From Amoebophrya sp. A120 (lineage: Eukaryota; Protista; Dinoflagellata), in NCBI GenBank assembly GCA_905178155.1, contig CAJINV010000008.1:2533762-2597761 (forward strand): a stretch of DNA of 64,000 nucleotides, in the 5' to 3' direction. Positions within the stretch are counted from its first letter, which is position 1. Every line of letters starts with the position of its first letter. Positions 23,848 through 38,800 of the stretch are shown here, piece after piece. The notes beneath the pieces were generated by a model. The model was not told the DNA's origin, searched no databases, and worked only from the letters and a program-made list of their open reading frames with translations. The translations under genes and the position numbers were made by a program.

Positions 23848-26800
23848 TTATTCCAACTTGACCATTCTGGAGATCAGGTACAACCCAACTGCCATACTCA
23901 AATACCCAAACTTCAAGACCGAAGCAGGCGCTAGTCGAACATTGTACACGAAGAACCCCGCATCACAGGCTGCGATGTGCGACGCTACGCACCATCGGTC
24001 ATAGTCAATTTCCAGCCCAAAATTCAGCGAGTTTACCTGAAGAAAAGCCCATGATTTGTTGGGTAGTTGGAGTTCTACGTTTCTAGTTTTCAACTACATC
24101 GATGTCGATCATGGCTCTTGTTTGATATCCAACACCAGAAAGAGCAGGAAAGTAGTAAGTTAGTACCAGCGTCGGCAGGCGCTGACATTTGATGTTGATC
24201 ATTGCGATCGTGTTGAGAAGCGTCAGGCCCAGCGCAATGATGACGAGCACCCACAGGATTGCACAGTAACTGAGGTCGCCCGACCCGGTTTGCGCCTGCA
24301 GGAAGTGGTGTAGGATGCCGAACATCAAGCCAAACCCAGCAGTGGTATAGGCGACCAGGGGCAACTGCACCGCGTACGCGCCCCTGCGGTATCCGAGTGC
24401 TGCACACCTCCCCCTGCGCGGCCCCCAATGATCAAAACGCATGATCATCTACAGCAACTACAATAACGGCTGTGACAATCTCAATCAGAAGGAACCCAAA
24501 CGAATCTAATGCAGCTTGGGCATGACAGATCCACAACACTTTTTGCTGGATTGAAGTAGGTAAGTACTTAAGTCCTGGTGCTTGGTCTTTCGCAACCTGT
24601 CATGCTTGCACAAACAAGGGCCAAAACCAAAAGGCAAAGACGCGACGGTCGGGTTCTTTGCATGACAAATGTGAGGCGACCTCGGGGGAGCTGTGCACTC
24701 TCATATGCGCAGGTGGGCGTTCAAAATGTTGAACTTTTTGATGAGCCCATCCAGCACATCGGAATTCACCAGTTCCAACGCGAAAGCGTCTAGAGAGAGC
24801 GAACAGAAGTCCAACACGATGAGAAAAACAGCGATCAAATTGAGAATACAAACCCAGACCGCATAGGCCAACACCAGGCGCCCTATCACCCGGTCCCGTT
24901 TGGTCGTGTTGTTCTTCGTTGCTGCACCAGGATCTGCTCCCGGCGCATGACTTGCGAACATGTCTGGGTCTGGCTTAGGCTTTCAGTTTGGAAATAACGT
25001 TTGCGACTGATAAATTCATTGCTGTCTGAGCAAAAGCAACGGACTCCAGTATGTAATTGTATCAGTAAGTAGGTGCTTCCCCCACCGAAGAATGACAAAT
25101 GTTTTGAAGTGTGCGCAACTAGCATCAGAGACAGGAATCGCACTGCGATGGTTAGTACTGTGACAGTTACAGTTTCCCTAATTCATACTATTTTTCTGCA
25201 GCCTCCAATCTGCTCTATGCACCACGCATTTGCGCATCATCAGAATTTCCCAAAACAGGTATACTCTCATCCGGACCCAGACATATGTGCCACACTTACG
25301 TCGCGGTCGCTGCGGCTGAAAGAAGCCTACTCGTGCTTGGAGAGAGGTTATTTACAGGAGTGGTCGCTCCTGGTTTTATTCCGTCGTGTTCTTGCGAAGC
25401 TGTCACCATGCTCAGGTAGCCCTCTACCAGTGCCCCACCGGCATCCAATGACGATTGCGTTTTTTCTTCTTCTTCCATTTCGATTTCCCCAACTCCGTTC
25501 CTAACAGCAGTTACAGAGGAATCATAACTCTTCTTCCTCCGTTCTCTCATCAATGCAAGCAGATGTTGAGAGGATCTACTTTTCCGCCCGCTTGATGTTG
25601 ATGTTGCCTTGCTTGTTTTACTGCCCGGATATTTCGGCGCCGGACCACGACCCGACATTGCTGTGCTGGTGGAGGCCGTGTCTGTTCTCAAACTCAATGC
25701 TCGTGGTGGCTGTTGTACTACAGATGGTGCCTCCTCGTGTTCAACTGCGTTGGTATTAATCGACGACAACAGGTTCGCGCTGATGGTGCTATCCGGCCAC
25801 GTGGGAAGCGGTAGGTGACGCTGCTCAAGAAGAACAGCAGCGTCTTCAAGTACACCTGTCCGCTGCAGCTCCTCGCGGCCTTCGACGTCTCCCAACTGCC
25901 TCCTCGAGCCGTATCCTCAGGAAAAACCACGCAATTACCCACGAGCTTCGGTTTGACTTTGAGTGTGAAGTGCAGACGAACAAATTATTAGCATGAACAG
26001 GACGAAAAGCCAGCACTGCACAATGCTATCTGCTAGTTATCCTGTAGGTTGCTGCATTTTTACAGGGACCAAAACACTAAAAGAAATGCCTCTCATGGGG
26101 CATAGGAGGGAGGTACGGTATTGCAAATAGTGTTCATTCAACATGTGCAAATCTGCATGACACCCCTTGTCTGGGTACTACGTTTTTCACCAGGATAATC
26201 CGCCCTCGCTTCGCACTTCCTGCAACACGTCGTAGACCTCGTTCTTGTCTAAAAAGACCGCGCAGGACAGCACCAACGGCAGAAATATCGTAACCAGCAG
26301 CCGCCTCCTGGCTTTCACCGCCCAGCTGACGAAAAACCCGTTTCGTTTTGCGTAGGTAGCCAACGTGTTGAATGTGGGCGAGGAAAAGAAAGTGATGCCT
26401 GGCATATCCTATGTAAAAACGAAGCCCACACCCCGCCAGTAAGATGGGGATTTTGCTGCACAAGCCAACAGTGCGTGGCTGTTGCGCATCACAAGTTTCT
26501 GTTTGAACATAGTGCAGCCGCATGCGAAATTGATAAGCTCATCCTGCTTCCAGCGTGACAGACAAGCTTGAGCTTCCAGATATCATTCCCATATAGAAAA
26601 TGACTCTCATGAGGGTGCGCGTGAGAGACGTTTCACGCATGCAGATTTGCTTCACATCGCTGGGACTGGGGCGTCTTCACTCAAGATACGACAACTGCGA
26701 TAGAAACGCGAGCGCGAAGAGCAGAAACTGCACGATGTCCACAAATATCGCGGAGTACGACAGTCGCACGCCTTCTGCGGGAAAAAACACGTCGTGAAAA

Positions 26801-29800
26801 TGGAGAAAGTAGGTTAAGACAAGAAGCGTGTGCATTGCAAAAATATGTCCGGGTCTGGGTAAACAAGTCGTGAATGTGATGCCATAGAAGTGGTATGCGA
26901 ACGAAGACGTTGAGCAAGCTCCAGCTCCAGGCCGGTACCAGACATGATAAGTGACACAAGAACAACTTCTCTCCGAGCGACGACGTCTAGCTCTAGCGTA
27001 AACCGCATGACATCAAGTCGCACAGCTTTTGTGATAACAAAGAAATAGGAATGGCACTGCAACTGCTACTGCAGCCCCACACGCATGACCGATTTTTCTG
27101 TCACCTGTTAGGAGTCCAGTCTTGCAATCTTCTTTCAAACCCGGACATCATATGACTTCGATTTTTGTGGTTGATAGAACGCGGTAAGGAGCAAAACCAT
27201 GTATGCGAGGGAGAGGAAATGCTGCGCCCTGGTGTACCGCAGCACGCCCTGCAAGTCGTCGCTCGCGGGTTTCAAGGAAAGGAGTTGGAACAGCTTTCTG
27301 AACAGCTTACTGCCACTAAAGCGCAGCTCCGACACCGAGCGTCGCGGTCTGATCGCGTTGAAATTGATACTTCCCGTCAGAACGTTGCTGTAGTTTACAG
27401 CTTCCACATCTTCACTGTTCTGCTCTCGGTCCTCTCGGCCCTGCTGTCCAGCCTTGTTCACATGTGTTTTTAAGCTGATGCTGTTGCTTAAGTTGAACAG
27501 CGTCGTCCCGACGAGCGTGATGCTGTTTCCAAGCAGACGGCTGCTGGTGCTGCGACTCACGATGTTGCTCAAAAATTTTTCCTTCGATGACGACTTGTTC
27601 TGCCCTTCGCGGCGGTCATTTTCGCGTTCCGCGTAGTCCATTGCTGACTCCAAATCCTCGACCGACTCACCGCGTTCGGAAATGTCCGACACGCGGCTCT
27701 TGCTGTGCGTCAACACCTCCGAGCGCTTGCTGCTGTTGGGAACCCGGGCCCCCGGGTTCTTACTGCCGCTCAAATTTACTTCCGTACTGCTGGTCGGCTG
27801 TCGCTGCGGAGTATCGGTCGTGGCATGTTTGGGTGATTTCTGCGTGTTGGACGAGTCGTCTTTGTCCTCCATTTTTCTGTGTCCTCCTGTCCTACTCGAG
27901 GTCCCGTTCGCCTGGCCTCCGGGCTTCTGGTTCAATAGTTCGTAGTTTTGCTCCGTTGCCGTTCTACCTTCCTCTATGTTTTCCAGCGACTGTGCGGTCT
28001 GCGAGAGCTTGTCCTTCGACCCTTTGGGCACAGCGACAGCTCTGCTTTGCCCGGGCGAACCACGGAGAGCTGCACTGGCGGCGGAAAAATCCCTACTCTG
28101 TTGCGTGTGTGAGTGCTGCTGTTGCTGTTGCCCCGCCGACCCTGTGGAATGCATCAACGTGTGGCGCCTGTCACGATTGGTGCTCATCGGGGTGCTTGCA
28201 CTCGATGACCCGGGGGGCGTACCGCTTGGGTGATTGGCACTCGGGTTGTTGTTATTCCGCGGAGAATTCTTGATAGTTGCGCCGGAGGATGTCAGTTTGG
28301 TCTTTCCCTGCAGATGCTCCGCCGCCCCCTTCTGCTCTTGGTGAGCCAGCACGTCAAAGTTGGGGTGCAAAGGACTGATCTGCAGCGACATCTGCCGCCC
28401 CCGCTGGGTCGCGCTCGAGATGGGCGTCACCGGACTGTTTCCATTCAGTAGCTGGTGTTGCCGAGTCGCAGCTGATGGTGATGAAGCAGTAGTTCCATCA
28501 ATCGGCGCGCTATTCTTCTCGGAAACATTTTTCAGCTTTCTGCGCTCGTCGGGAGGGGTGACGCTGCGGGTCAGCGGTCCGGCGTGTAGCGGCGGCACCG
28601 AGCTGCCACGACCGCCCGTTCCAGCATTTATTGTTTTGATAGAACCATTAGCAAGGTCCGCATTCGAACTTGTACCGTTCTCCTTACTGCTGCTGGTGCT
28701 GTTTTCTGGTGCAAGTGCGCCAGCCGTTCCTGTCTTGGCGGTCATGGCAGTGCTAAACAATTTGCCCAAGAAGGACACGCTTGAGGGCGATTTTTTCAGT
28801 ACTGCCTCCGGCGAACTGACTGAGGTACCACCCGTCGAGGTCTCTTTCAGCGACTGCAGACTAGGCACAACCTGGCCAGAAGATACATTTATTTTCAGCT
28901 GCTTTTTCTTCCCCGGGGACAGGTAGGATTCCAGCAGCGTCGTGCCCGCGGCGACCGAAAACCTGCGGTTCTGCGAGCTGCTCGCCGGCACTGTTTTTTG
29001 CCTCTCGTGCTCCTTCGCGTTTTCCAGCACCCCCATCGCCGTCGCGCTCGGTGGGTCACCGCTCGACTCGGCAGGAGGTGCAACAGTAACAGAAGCTCCC
29101 CCGCCTACAACTTGTTCCGGACTGGTATTGTGATGTTGCTTGTTTTCCGCGAACTTGCTTTTCAGCGAAAGCGCCTGCATCTTTGGCTCAATGGCAGGGA
29201 TCGTCGTAACCGTTTCTTGATCCTGGTTCACACTGCCGGGCACCAGATTTGCTGCACTCTGTCCTAGCTGCTCCCTGCTGGAATTTTTCTCAGAGCCATT
29301 CTTAAAATTATCACTGCTTCTGCCACTGCCGGCGTTAGCCTGCTGTGTGCTGAAGTTATTTTTCACTAGTTCGATACTGCTTCCGAGCCGCTCCCGGCCA
29401 TTGGAAGCACGCCGGGGGGAGGTAAACGTGGCTATGGTCGAACCTCCCTGGGCGGCGGGTGGCGGAGAACTACTGCTGACGCTTCCCGGCGAAGCGGCAC
29501 CGCCTTGTGACATCAGGAGTTTCTGCGAGACGCTCTGCAGATTCGTTGGAATTCCGACCGTGTTCACCCGGTCGTGCAAACTACCTGTCGTGCCAATGGG
29601 AGCGTTTGGGTGGAACGCGACCGGATCCGATATCCGCGGAGACAACGCATTATTGTAGTTATTATTCAGACCTGCCTCAAAATTGCTGTCCGACGAACAA
29701 GCTCCAAAGTTGTGAGGCACGTCGGAGATGGTAAAATCGAAACTGTTCCGGAGGGAGTCCACTTCGCCACAAAGGGACGAATGGTCTCGGATTAGTTCAT

Positions 29801-32800
29801 TATCGTTCTCCGGGAGGGAGGCGCCGGGTTCTGCTCGCCGCTCATCATGCACGCTGGTTGTAGTAGTCCCGTTGTTCTTGTTCTGCCCACCTCCGACCTG
29901 CTCCGAATGTTCTTCCGGGATCTCTTCGTTTCTTCCCAGGTCGTGGCTGCCGGCGCAGGAACTGACGGTCGCAATGCCCTCCCCGGCGGCCGTCTGTTCC
30001 CGGCTCAGGACGGAGCCGCTGTGCTGGTACCCCAGCCCGTCGCGCGACGAGCACAAGGAATCCGGGCCTGGCGGCTCGTCGTACGCCCGCTCCTTGCTGC
30101 TGTTTTCGTTGCTGTACGGGCTGCGGCTCAAGCTCGCGTTCCGGCTTCCCACGAGTGCGGAACTCGACGAGGGGGCGGAATGCAGAACCTTCTTTTCCGA
30201 CGTGGAAAACGGACTTCCTGTCACTCCCCTCGGAGCAGTAGGGCCCGGTGCGTTTATGGGGTTCTCAAACGTTACATTCTCAACTGTTACATGATTTGTC
30301 ATGCAAAATGGCCATGGGCCACCACATGATCAAGCTGCTTCGCATGGCAAATTCTCGGAGGGCTAAACAGCGTCTAAATCTGCACCAAATCTGTCATGCA
30401 AGACGCGCAAGCTCCCCCCATGCCTTTTTGCCATTCTTGCATCACAAATTCATGTAACAGTTGAGAATGTAACGTTTGAGAACCCCATAGCGTTAGAAGA
30501 AGAATTATGGTGCCAATTTTTCGAACCGCTCGAGTCCAGGTCCTCAGTTTGCGTAGTCTCGGCTGACAGGGACGACGAGACTGGCCCACCGGGAGCAGCT
30601 CCAGGAGCGGAGGATCCGGCGGTTGCAGGCGCGGCAGCGGCGGTAGCCTCCTTGTTGTAGTTCGGGATCGTATTTATTATTCCCGGCGATGTTGTTGTAG
30701 TCAGACTCCCGGCTGCTCCTCCTGTGGCAGTTTCGCCACCACCAGAACCTGCAAGTGCGCCTCGCTCCCAGGACTTTGGCGGAATAAAGGGCGCAACCAT
30801 GGACCGATTGGACGCAAAGGAATGCTGGCTCTGCATGCTCATGCTCATCATCAGGTCCACGGTGGTTTTCGAGGCACTGGGGCCCGGTGGTACAGCCGGA
30901 TGTGGTGATCCTGATCCTGCAGCTGCAGCCCCAGGAGCAGGCGATATCGACTGAGGTTGATGGTGCTGGCCAGCAGTTGATGTCGGTCCAACGACAAAGT
31001 TGTAACTCGACGAGTCTATGGATCGCTTTTCTAACTTTTCGTGAAAGGAGGTACCGCACTCCGCCGACATCAGGGACGAGTACTCCTCGGAGTCGTAGTC
31101 CGACTGTTTCGCTGCCTGCGGCTGGTGTTGCAGCACTTCTCCGGGCAACGACCTGGGAGGTCCTTGTTGCTCTGCCCTATGATCATTTCCGCCAAAATTC
31201 ACTTCCTCACTACCGTTGTCATTTATCCCCATCGCGTGCGTTCCTTCCTGCAAGATTGCCTTCGACTCCCCAAGAGTTGGTGGACTCTGCACAACATCAA
31301 CGACACCACCAGTAGTACCGGCTCCGGTCGTCCCTGTCCAAGGAAAAAACTGTCGCAGTTTCTTTAGGTTTCACCAACACAAAAACAAATTCGCGAAGCA
31401 AGAAGCAACAAAAACTTTAATGCTTCAAACAGCAAGAGAAAACACGTACAAACAACGCACTTCTTGCGTCTCTACCTCTAGCAAAACTATATAAATCAAA
31501 AAGTGTCCGCATTAAATGTTGAGACTTAGACAATTTGTTCCCGCGATAGTCTCCGATGAAGCGGCATGATGAACAGTTGCACTTTTTTGTGCTACCTCGT
31601 TCGCACCTCTAGTTTCCCCCACTACTTCTTCTACGCCTGTCTTGTCCGGCTGGCCGTTATCACGAAACGCGTGCGCATAGGTGTCCGTACTCGAGTCGGG
31701 CGAAGACTTCAGGAGGATATTATTACTTTCCAGCTCGTTCGCTGAATGCGTCCGCGAGTCGTTAGGACTGCCTCGCGAGGATTGAGGAGGCGACCGGGAA
31801 GAGAGCCGCATGTTGGTCGTGGTGCCCGATCCGGACCGCAAGCTCACCGCCCTCGGTGGCGTGGAAGTTGACTTGCGCCCATCATTCGTTGTATGATCCG
31901 CACGAAGTTGATGATGATCGTCGCCGGCGTTCTTTATTCCATTGGCGTAAAAATATTGGTTCGTCCCGGCTCCGCTGCTGTGCTCTGAGCGGGATTCTTG
32001 CTTGGTAATCGTTCGTTTGCTCAGGCTCACCTGCAGCAGCTCGCGCTCGTTTTCCGACTCAAACTTCGTCGCACGGGGGGAGTGCACCAGACCACCTCCG
32101 TTTTTGTGTGATGTGTTTGTTCCGCCTTCGTTCAGCATCCTGCTTGATGCGTGCTTACCGGTTTTCGTCTTGAAACTCCGCCGACTGCCCCCGTTGCTGC
32201 TCGAAAACGAATATCCTGTGCAAAAGTATCGTACTCGTACAAATGCTAATGCAAGTCTTGCATTACAAATCTTGTTTCCAAGTCAAATCTGCATTACAAA
32301 TTTTATTTCTCTTGCTGAGGAAATTTGTAATGCATTTATACGAGTACGATACTTTTGCAGTTCATAACGAAGTCCGCGGAAACGAGCTGCTGGGCGTTGG
32401 CGAGTGCATCCCAGACGAGCTGTGCTGCTGCTGGTGATAACCCAGCTCGTCCCTTGACTTCTCTCGTGGTACCGATGGCGTGGTCCTTTTTGATCGAGAG
32501 AGGTGGTGGTCCTGCATCTGCGCATCGGAGTGCGAGGGCTGCCGCATCCGGTTGAACGACGAACTGCTGTCCAACTGCATTTGCGACTTTCGCGAGCTGT
32601 TGTTGTTCGGATTCACCACCGTTGTAGCACCGCTCAGCCCCAAACTCTGCGACTCCCGGTGGTTCGTGCCACCGACAGAATATAAAAACTAAAACCTGGT
32701 CAGATGTTACAATCTTCTCAAGCGTTAGCACAAGAGAATCTTCTGGATTTTGTCATCATGCATGAACAGCATCAGTAGCATAAAGAGCCTCTCGCTTTAC

Positions 32801-35800
32801 GTTTGTTAATTTCGCAATACAAATTATTTCGTCGGATTCTCGAAGTCGGTTTTTTACGTTCCTAAACTTCTCATGCGCATTCCTTTGACAGGAGGTGGGA
32901 GCCACCAGCACTCGTTGTGCACTTTCGCATCACAAATCTGCGTTCTTTTTGTTGTACTATCCATGATTTTTTATTGTAAAACCTTAGGCTGCCAACATAC
33001 AGACCGCATGGACATTCTTCCGCGGTCTCCCATGCCCTGCGAGCTCCGCCGCGACGCGGTGCTCGAACGTTTATTGTTGGCCGCCGACCGTCGTCGGTAG
33101 GGCTGCTGTTCCTCCTGCTCCAGGAGGTGGTTCGGGCCAAAACTGGTCGTAATCACGGTCGCGTAGGGGCTCACCCAGGGGATCAGGCCTAGCGCGCGGT
33201 AAAACAAGCCGCACTCGTATATCCTGAGTAAAAACGTACCCACACCAGAGTTGTAATGCAAATCTGCATCCTGAAAATGTTTCTCATGCGGAGCCCCATG
33301 AGAAGCATTTTCTAGTCCTGCTTTGCAATTTGTCATGCTCCAATCAGCATGGTATGCTAGATCTGTGATGCTGCTGAGCTAGCTCAAACAGCACTACACT
33401 ACGAATCCAAATTTGTCATGCAAAACAGCCAAAACTTGTGGATTTGTCTAGCCGATTCCCCATCTTGACTATGGTGTGGGTACGTTTTTACTCAGGATAT
33501 CGTAAAACGGCGTGTCATCCATCATCCAACTTCGCTTGGTATTACAATGAAAAATGACCCCACCCCCGGACTTGGGAGCATTTGTATTGCAAACCTTTCC
33601 AAATGAAACACTAACCCTCTTGCATCTATCAGCATCACAGGTTTCCAGTCGTGAATAGCAAAAATCTGTATTGCAAAAGACCCCAGCAAGAGTGGCGCTT
33701 GTCATGCAAGCGATGCGATACACGCCTAGAGTCTGCATCAGAAAGATCCATACTCCTTTCATGCATGGCAAAAAGTTTAGTTTTCATTTGGAAACTTCAC
33801 ATCACAAATTTTTGCAACTTTCGGGGTGAGGGCTTTTTTCACTGTAATACTTGGCCAGCTGAAACCAGCCAAAGAACCCCACGTACACCTCGTACTCCTG
33901 CTGCTCCATATGCATCTTTGCAAAAACTATCGAACTACCACTAGGTAGACTGCACCACACCAAAAAACTTTGCTCATCAGTTACCCGACTGCACGACCAC
34001 ATCAGTTGTCATGCAGATTCAAGTAAGAAAGCAGCTCTCCTGCCAACATGCGTGACTAACATTTTTCCTCGTTGAGTTGTACGATTTAGTTTCGCAAAGG
34101 ATACTGCAACTGGTGCGGCAGCATGCTGTGCATCTGCGTCAACTGCGAGTCTTTACGCCAATGGTCCGCGGCGCCTTGTGACATGGTAGAAAGCCGGGCA
34201 TTTTGCTGCTGTTGCCCGTTGTTCCCGACCGTATTTTATCCTGCGAAAAACCATCGCGCTCGTGCTATTTGCAATGATAGTGATACATGAAATTATACTC
34301 TGTCTCTCTTGCACATAGACACACAGATAGCTGATAGTTCTACATGTAGAAGTTTCACTGTGATCAACCTCAAAATATCTATCATGCTGTCAGTTTGACT
34401 TTTGGGTTTAGCACGATACTTTTGTTCTGCATATATTCCGTTGCGACATCACGCTGGGCCCCCGCCCGTTTACCGGTCGGGACTGCGTTGGTAGGGTGGA
34501 CGTGAACGACGGAAACTGGCGCAGCAATTTTTGGCTCTTCGTCACCCCGCCATGAAAATCCACCGCGGAGTTAACATTGGAACTCGAAGTTGCGGTTTGG
34601 TGCAGCATTTGTTCTTGCTGCTCTTTAGTACTCGTGCTGTTGAGCAGTCCTTTGGAAGAAACCTCGTTGTCGTTCAACTGTAGGTGCTGGTGGTGCTCCT
34701 GTTGCTGCTGCTGCATCGCAAGTTCCATGGGATCCTTTGTCATGTCCTCCACCACTTGCTGTTGCAGCGCGAAAACATTCACCGTTGACGACCGTCTGTT
34801 GGTAATTGTGTTATTTTTGTAATTCGTTTAATTTATTATATGTCTTCTCCCTACTTAACAAAGTCCTCATTTATCTTTTATTTCAACAAGAAATCCTCCC
34901 AAATGCGCCTGCATTCGCAATCCATTTTCTCCACAGTGAAAGCGAAATAATCTTTCACCCGGTGAAATTCTTGCAACTTACTGCAAAAAAAGCGTCTGTG
35001 CGTGGAGGCTGCGAAAGGTAGACCAGAGGAAGCCCTTTCACCATCACACCCTCGTGTTTCCAATTATCAAAACTTGCTTACCACGACGGCACTATGATAG
35101 TTGCAATATCTTTATTTTTGATTGCGCCGTCGTGCAAAGGTTAACTCGATGACGTCAGCATGGATGCTGGGATCACTACAGTATGCGCGCTGCGAGAAAA
35201 AAAATACTTCAACAAAACCCATAAAAACAGTACTTGTTCAACTCCGCTGCTATAGGCCGTAGAAACCGCCCGAGGCTCTCGCTTTTCATTCCCTTTATCG
35301 AAGAGACCCGGCGGGGAGGTGCGTCGACATTATCGACCGACCGCCGCTTCGCGCCAAACAGCCCCGCTGTGATGTGCTGCCAGGAAGACCGCCGGTCTAG
35401 GACGGAACCTGACGATTTCACTTTCTCGAAATCTGCGGTCTTCGTCCCTTGAGCACTCGTTAGATCAACAGCATGATTCTCGCCAGTTGTAGTTGTTCTT
35501 GAGCTCCGCTTGTTTATTCCCCCGCTCGTGCAGCTTGTCCGCGCGTGCTTGGTCTTATGCACGCTCTGCCGGGCCGGCGCGTTCACACTCACCTATCAAA
35601 CGTAAAAGTGTCTGGGTCTGGAAGAGTCATGCTGTTTCTGCATGACACAGAAGGTCTGGCATGGAAGCTCTAGCATCACAGGTTTCGAGAAGCTTCCGCA
35701 ATGCCGAACCTGCATGACAAATCCCCCATTTTGGTGACAGAGAGTGAGCAGCTTTTGCTACCTATGCATGAGAGATTTTTGTGTGTTCTGATATTCGCAT

Positions 35801-38800
35801 CACAGGTTACATCCTTCCAGACCCAGACATTTTTGCACTTGATATCTTCACCCTCGACATTGCAATAGAAGTTGATGTCCCGGCCCCGCCGTGCTGGCTG
35901 TTTTGGTGGTGGTGGTGAGACGTGGAGGAGGAGACTCTGCGATGTTGCGTTTCATCTTCTTCACGAGACGCCATCTTGTCGTCCGGATGCTGGGAAGATA
36001 AAAATTCGTGTGCAGCTTCAGCATTTTTGTGGTAACCCTCGTGCAGCTGCCCCTGATGGTCCTTTTCCTTCGAGCCTTTATTTGAAGACATCTTCGTCGA
36101 AGAGGTTCCACCCGTCCCCTGGTGCTGCGACGCACGCTTTTTCTTTTTTTCCCCCTCCTTGTTCCTTTGCTGGTGTTGTTGTCCGTGCAGCAGCACCGGG
36201 GTGGGCGCGCCCGAATGCCTGCGGCCGGAACTGCCGGAAGGTCCACCTGCAGTGCCGATGTGGCCCTGCACGCTGTGTCGCCGCTTCTTGTTATGCTGCC
36301 CTACATCCAGGGAAACAGAAGCACCACCGCCGCGTCCCGATGGCAACGAACTTGACGCGGTATCAAAAATTCCGCTTGCAGCAGCGGTTGAGCTGCCTTG
36401 CATCGCGCTATGCCGCCGGCGCTTAGAAGTTGTACCTGCAGCAACAGCAACCTCTCCATCTGCGTAGTTCAAGGATTGTCCATCCTGACGGAGAGAAGCT
36501 GCAATGGCACCACTGCCACTGGAGAAATTGCGCAGCTTGATCGACCCAACGCCGGACTCAATCACGTTCGCAACGGACGCGCGGGTGTGGGTCGCTGTCC
36601 CTGCTGGTAAAGACAGGCGGCGGCCGTCAATGGGAATTCGCACCGGCTGCCCAGAGATACCGTCCTCGTGTTCGGAGTGCTCCTCTTGCCCGAACATACT
36701 CCTTTATCAAACCGAAAACTCGCGTACTCGTGCAAAGCTTCATCTTTGCATGTGGGAAGCAACTGATCAATCCGCGATTTGGTCTGTCTACTTTTCAAGC
36801 GTACCACTTAAAATCATGTGGAAGTAGTCCTCCACCGAGAAGCAGAATCTTCAAGAACTCCAATGCAACAGATACTTGCTTACCGTAAGCGCAGCCATAC
36901 ACTATTTTCATGGTTCTTCTTCTTGTGCGCGTTGCAAATAAAAATGCAAATACAAATCGACACCACGTTTTCGCATTCATTGGTCGGATAGCAGCATCCC
37001 CCCACCCATGTTCCAGTCCTTCCAGGTAAACGAGTCTTTCCGCCGCGGAAACATGTTTGATTCCGTGCTGCGCGCAATGTTATTGTTATTGTTCTGCAAA
37101 TTATTGTTCCCACTCAGTCTGCTGCTCCGCGCATGGCTGAACAGACCTGAATCTTCCTCGCCCCCATCCTCCTCTTCCTCGCCGAAACCGGATTCCACCG
37201 TGGTCCCGATGGACAGCATCGCGCTCTTATGAAAACAAAAAGTATGCTTGATATTCCACATCGCAATCCGCTTTCGCTTTAAATACTTCTTTGGTTCGTC
37301 GAAATGCGGGGTACTTCGGTTCGTCGAAATCGCTTACGCGAAAATGCATATGCACTGCCACTGTCTCAATTCTCGCAACATCAACATGATTTCTTTCTCT
37401 TTGCAAGTGGTGCAGTCGTAATGAATTCACATAGTCCTCCGACCAGCTGCATTGTGCAGTGTAAAGTAAAGTATGATGCGGTTTTTTCTAAGTAAGTAAT
37501 TCTTTTGCTTCGACGTCGACAACAGATTCCTTCACATTGATTGCTGTGACCATAGCTACTTTCTTGTTGGTGTTCATACCTGCTTCCGGTGGAAAACCGT
37601 TCCTTGTGCAGAACGATCGGCTCTGCGTTCGAATTTTGCTGTATCCCAGTAGAGAAAAAAGCTAGTACCCTACCATGTTTGTAAACATGTAATTGTAAAC
37701 ATGGTCGAAGGGGCGATGAGACCTTTATCGGCACACACCATCAGTTTTCTCTTCGTTGTCCCTGCAGAAGGAATGAGTACACTGAAGAATGAAAATCATC
37801 TCAAAAGGCGACCCCAAACAAGCAAGCTCTCTTTAGGCAATACGGCGAAAGTTCTTGTATTTCTGTGTGCTTCTATTGCTGTACTAGCTTTTTTCTGTGC
37901 AATACGCTGTCGCTTCTGAAAGGAAGAAGTGTTTTTGTGCTTGCTCTTCCTATTCATCTCGTGCGACGTCCTGCTCTCTATTTGTTGTCCATCTTCCACC
38001 GAATGCTGCTGCTCCCTGTTCACGCGGCCGCCACTTCCCAAGTCACTGAGTTCCTGCTCGGAATCGTCCTCATTCTCGGAGATCATGGAGAATTCGCCAT
38101 GGCTCGCAGCGCTCCGATCGTTGCTTTATGCATCGCAAAATTACTTATTATCGCACCATTAGAAATTTACAGACTTTTTTTCCCGGCTTAGGAAATGAGA
38201 CTTGTCATGCCAAGCAGTTCAGGCATAATATCGCCAAGAGCTTTGCACTGCAGCTGTGCTGGAATTTATCTATTTAAACGAGTGCGATTTTTGCACAAGA
38301 TATGGTTTCCGACGAGCGGCGGAGCAGCTCGGACAGCCGCTGCGACTTGTTGCTTTTCCCGAAGCTGCGCTGTTGGTTTTTCTCGGAGTCGTCCGATCCC
38401 CGTCGCCGCTGCTTCTTGTTGCTCGAGCTCGTCTTCTTCGTTCCACTATTGCTGTCTCCTCCGGTGTGGTCATTTGATCGTCCCGCGGCCCCGCCGCTTG
38501 TGCTTGACCGCAGATCGGCACCGTTCTCCAGTTCAAACTGCTGGCGTAGATTCACGGAGGACAGCACTTGCTCCTGGTTCTCGAGGGGACCGCGGTCCTC
38601 GTTGTTTTTATCCGAAGAAAAACCATCTTGTGTCTGCCGCTGGTCCGCGTCTCTGCCCACAGGAACTGCGGCTCCCCTGGAGGCAGCGGACCCGCGTTCA
38701 GATGAACCGCCGGAAGGCACACTCACATCTTTGTCGTTCCTCATGGGTGCTGACGTCATCTGCACCAGCAGTTCCGATTTCCGCTTCACCGCTTTGGGGC

